A stretch of DNA of 64,000 nt from a virus. Its lineage: Duplodnaviria > Caudoviricetes. Below the pieces are notes generated by a model. It had not been told where the DNA came from and ran no database searches. It saw nothing but the letters and a program-made list of their open reading frames with translations. The position numbers were made by a program, and so were the translations under genes. Position 1 is the first letter of the stretch. Each line of letters begins with the position of its first letter. Where the stretch lies: positions 1,037 to 65,036 of IMG/VR virus record IMGVR_UViG_3300020042_003898. One strand, given 5' to 3'. Below, piece after piece: positions 63,371 to 64,000 of this stretch.

Positions 63371-64000
63371 ATGCCTACATATTATTCAAATCTAAAGAAG
63401 ACTCTTTCAAGTCAGACTCCTTCATCTAAGTCTTTTAACTCTAGTAAGAAAAATCACGAAGAAGAGATTGAACTAGAAGAAGAGTCACCTACAGCACTAG
63501 GTTTCTTTCAAAGATTCCGACAGAACAGATGCATAATTGTACCTATTGACGAAGGCGTTAAGGAAGCCTCTTACTACAGATCAGTTACTTACGGTATCTC
63601 AGAGTTATCAGAAGGTGACATCGTAGAGTTTAACATTAACTCGCCCGGTGGGAATCTCAACGGTCTGATTGCACTTCTATCTGCTATCTCAGAAACAGAT
63701 GCTCACGTAATCGCTAACATCACAGGTGAATGCCACAGCGCAGCAAGTATCCTTGCTCTTAACTGCGATGAGATTAGAGTCTCTCCGCATTGCACTATGC
63801 TAGTACATCATGTCTCATTCAGCACAGGAGGCAAAGCCGCTGATATCAGAGCGTACGTCAATCACCTTAACGAGAACACAGAAGAACTTCTACGTAAGAC
63901 TTATACTAATTTCCTAAGCGAAGTAGAGATTGAGAACGTCCTGAATGGTCTACAACTCTGGCTAGACGCTGATGAAGTTATCTCTAGACTAGAAAAGAAA
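63371..64000 (+). CDS. ClpP-like serine protease (partial, runs off the window)
   Basis: manual translation: 'INSPGG', 'G.CHSAAS', 'MLVHH', 'LWLDADE'. Confidence 0.85.
   Translation, partial: MPTYYSNLKKTLSSQTPSSKSFNSSKKNHEEEIELEEESPTALGFFQRFRQNRCIIVPIDEGVKEASYYRSVTYGISELSEGDIVEFNINSPGGNLNGLIALLSAISETDAHVIANITGECHSAASILALNCDEIRVSPHCTMLVHHVSFSTGGKAADIRAYVNHLNENTEELLRKTYTNFLSEVEIENVLNGLQLWLDADEVISRLEKK

Noticed and set aside
1-64000. Temperate lifestyle or prophage boundaries
   Set aside because: No integrase, repressor, att-like junction or bacterial housekeeping gene in the window

Overview
This window is a large AT-rich segment of a tailed dsDNA bacteriophage of siphovirus type (long non-contractile tail). 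No integrase or repressor is visible, and a proteobacterial host is inferred. Layout: (1) 1-15.0 kb, minus strand: about 50 small early/middle genes, including a SleB-like hydrolase, SNase, HU-like protein, ThyX, two deaminases and a LapG-like protease. (2) 15.2-29.1 kb, plus strand: replication and nucleotide metabolism (T7-type primase-helicase, family-B-type DNA polymerase, SSB, tRNA-Arg, exonucleases, Endo VII, pyrophosphatases, nrdA/nrdB). (3) 29.3-61.6 kb, minus strand: terminase, portal, a long fibre/accessory cluster, head genes, tail genes with a -1 frameshifted chaperone, and lysis. (4) 62.2-64 kb, plus strand: PhoH and a ClpP-like gene cut by the window end. The least explained signals are: a ~360-nt structured, ORF-free unit bounded by a promoter and a terminator upstream of the terminase operon; a highly ordered repeat locus at 61.6-61.9 kb with a 29-bp copy antisense to the clpP-like mRNA; a nonsense-inactivated GIY-YIG frame fused in frame to nrdB; a GIY-YIG+HNH+AP2 double nuclease inside the lysis cassette; and host-manipulation candidates (a LapG-like protease and a truncated H-NS-like protein). 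All family calls come from motif recognition by eye; no database search or folding program was run.
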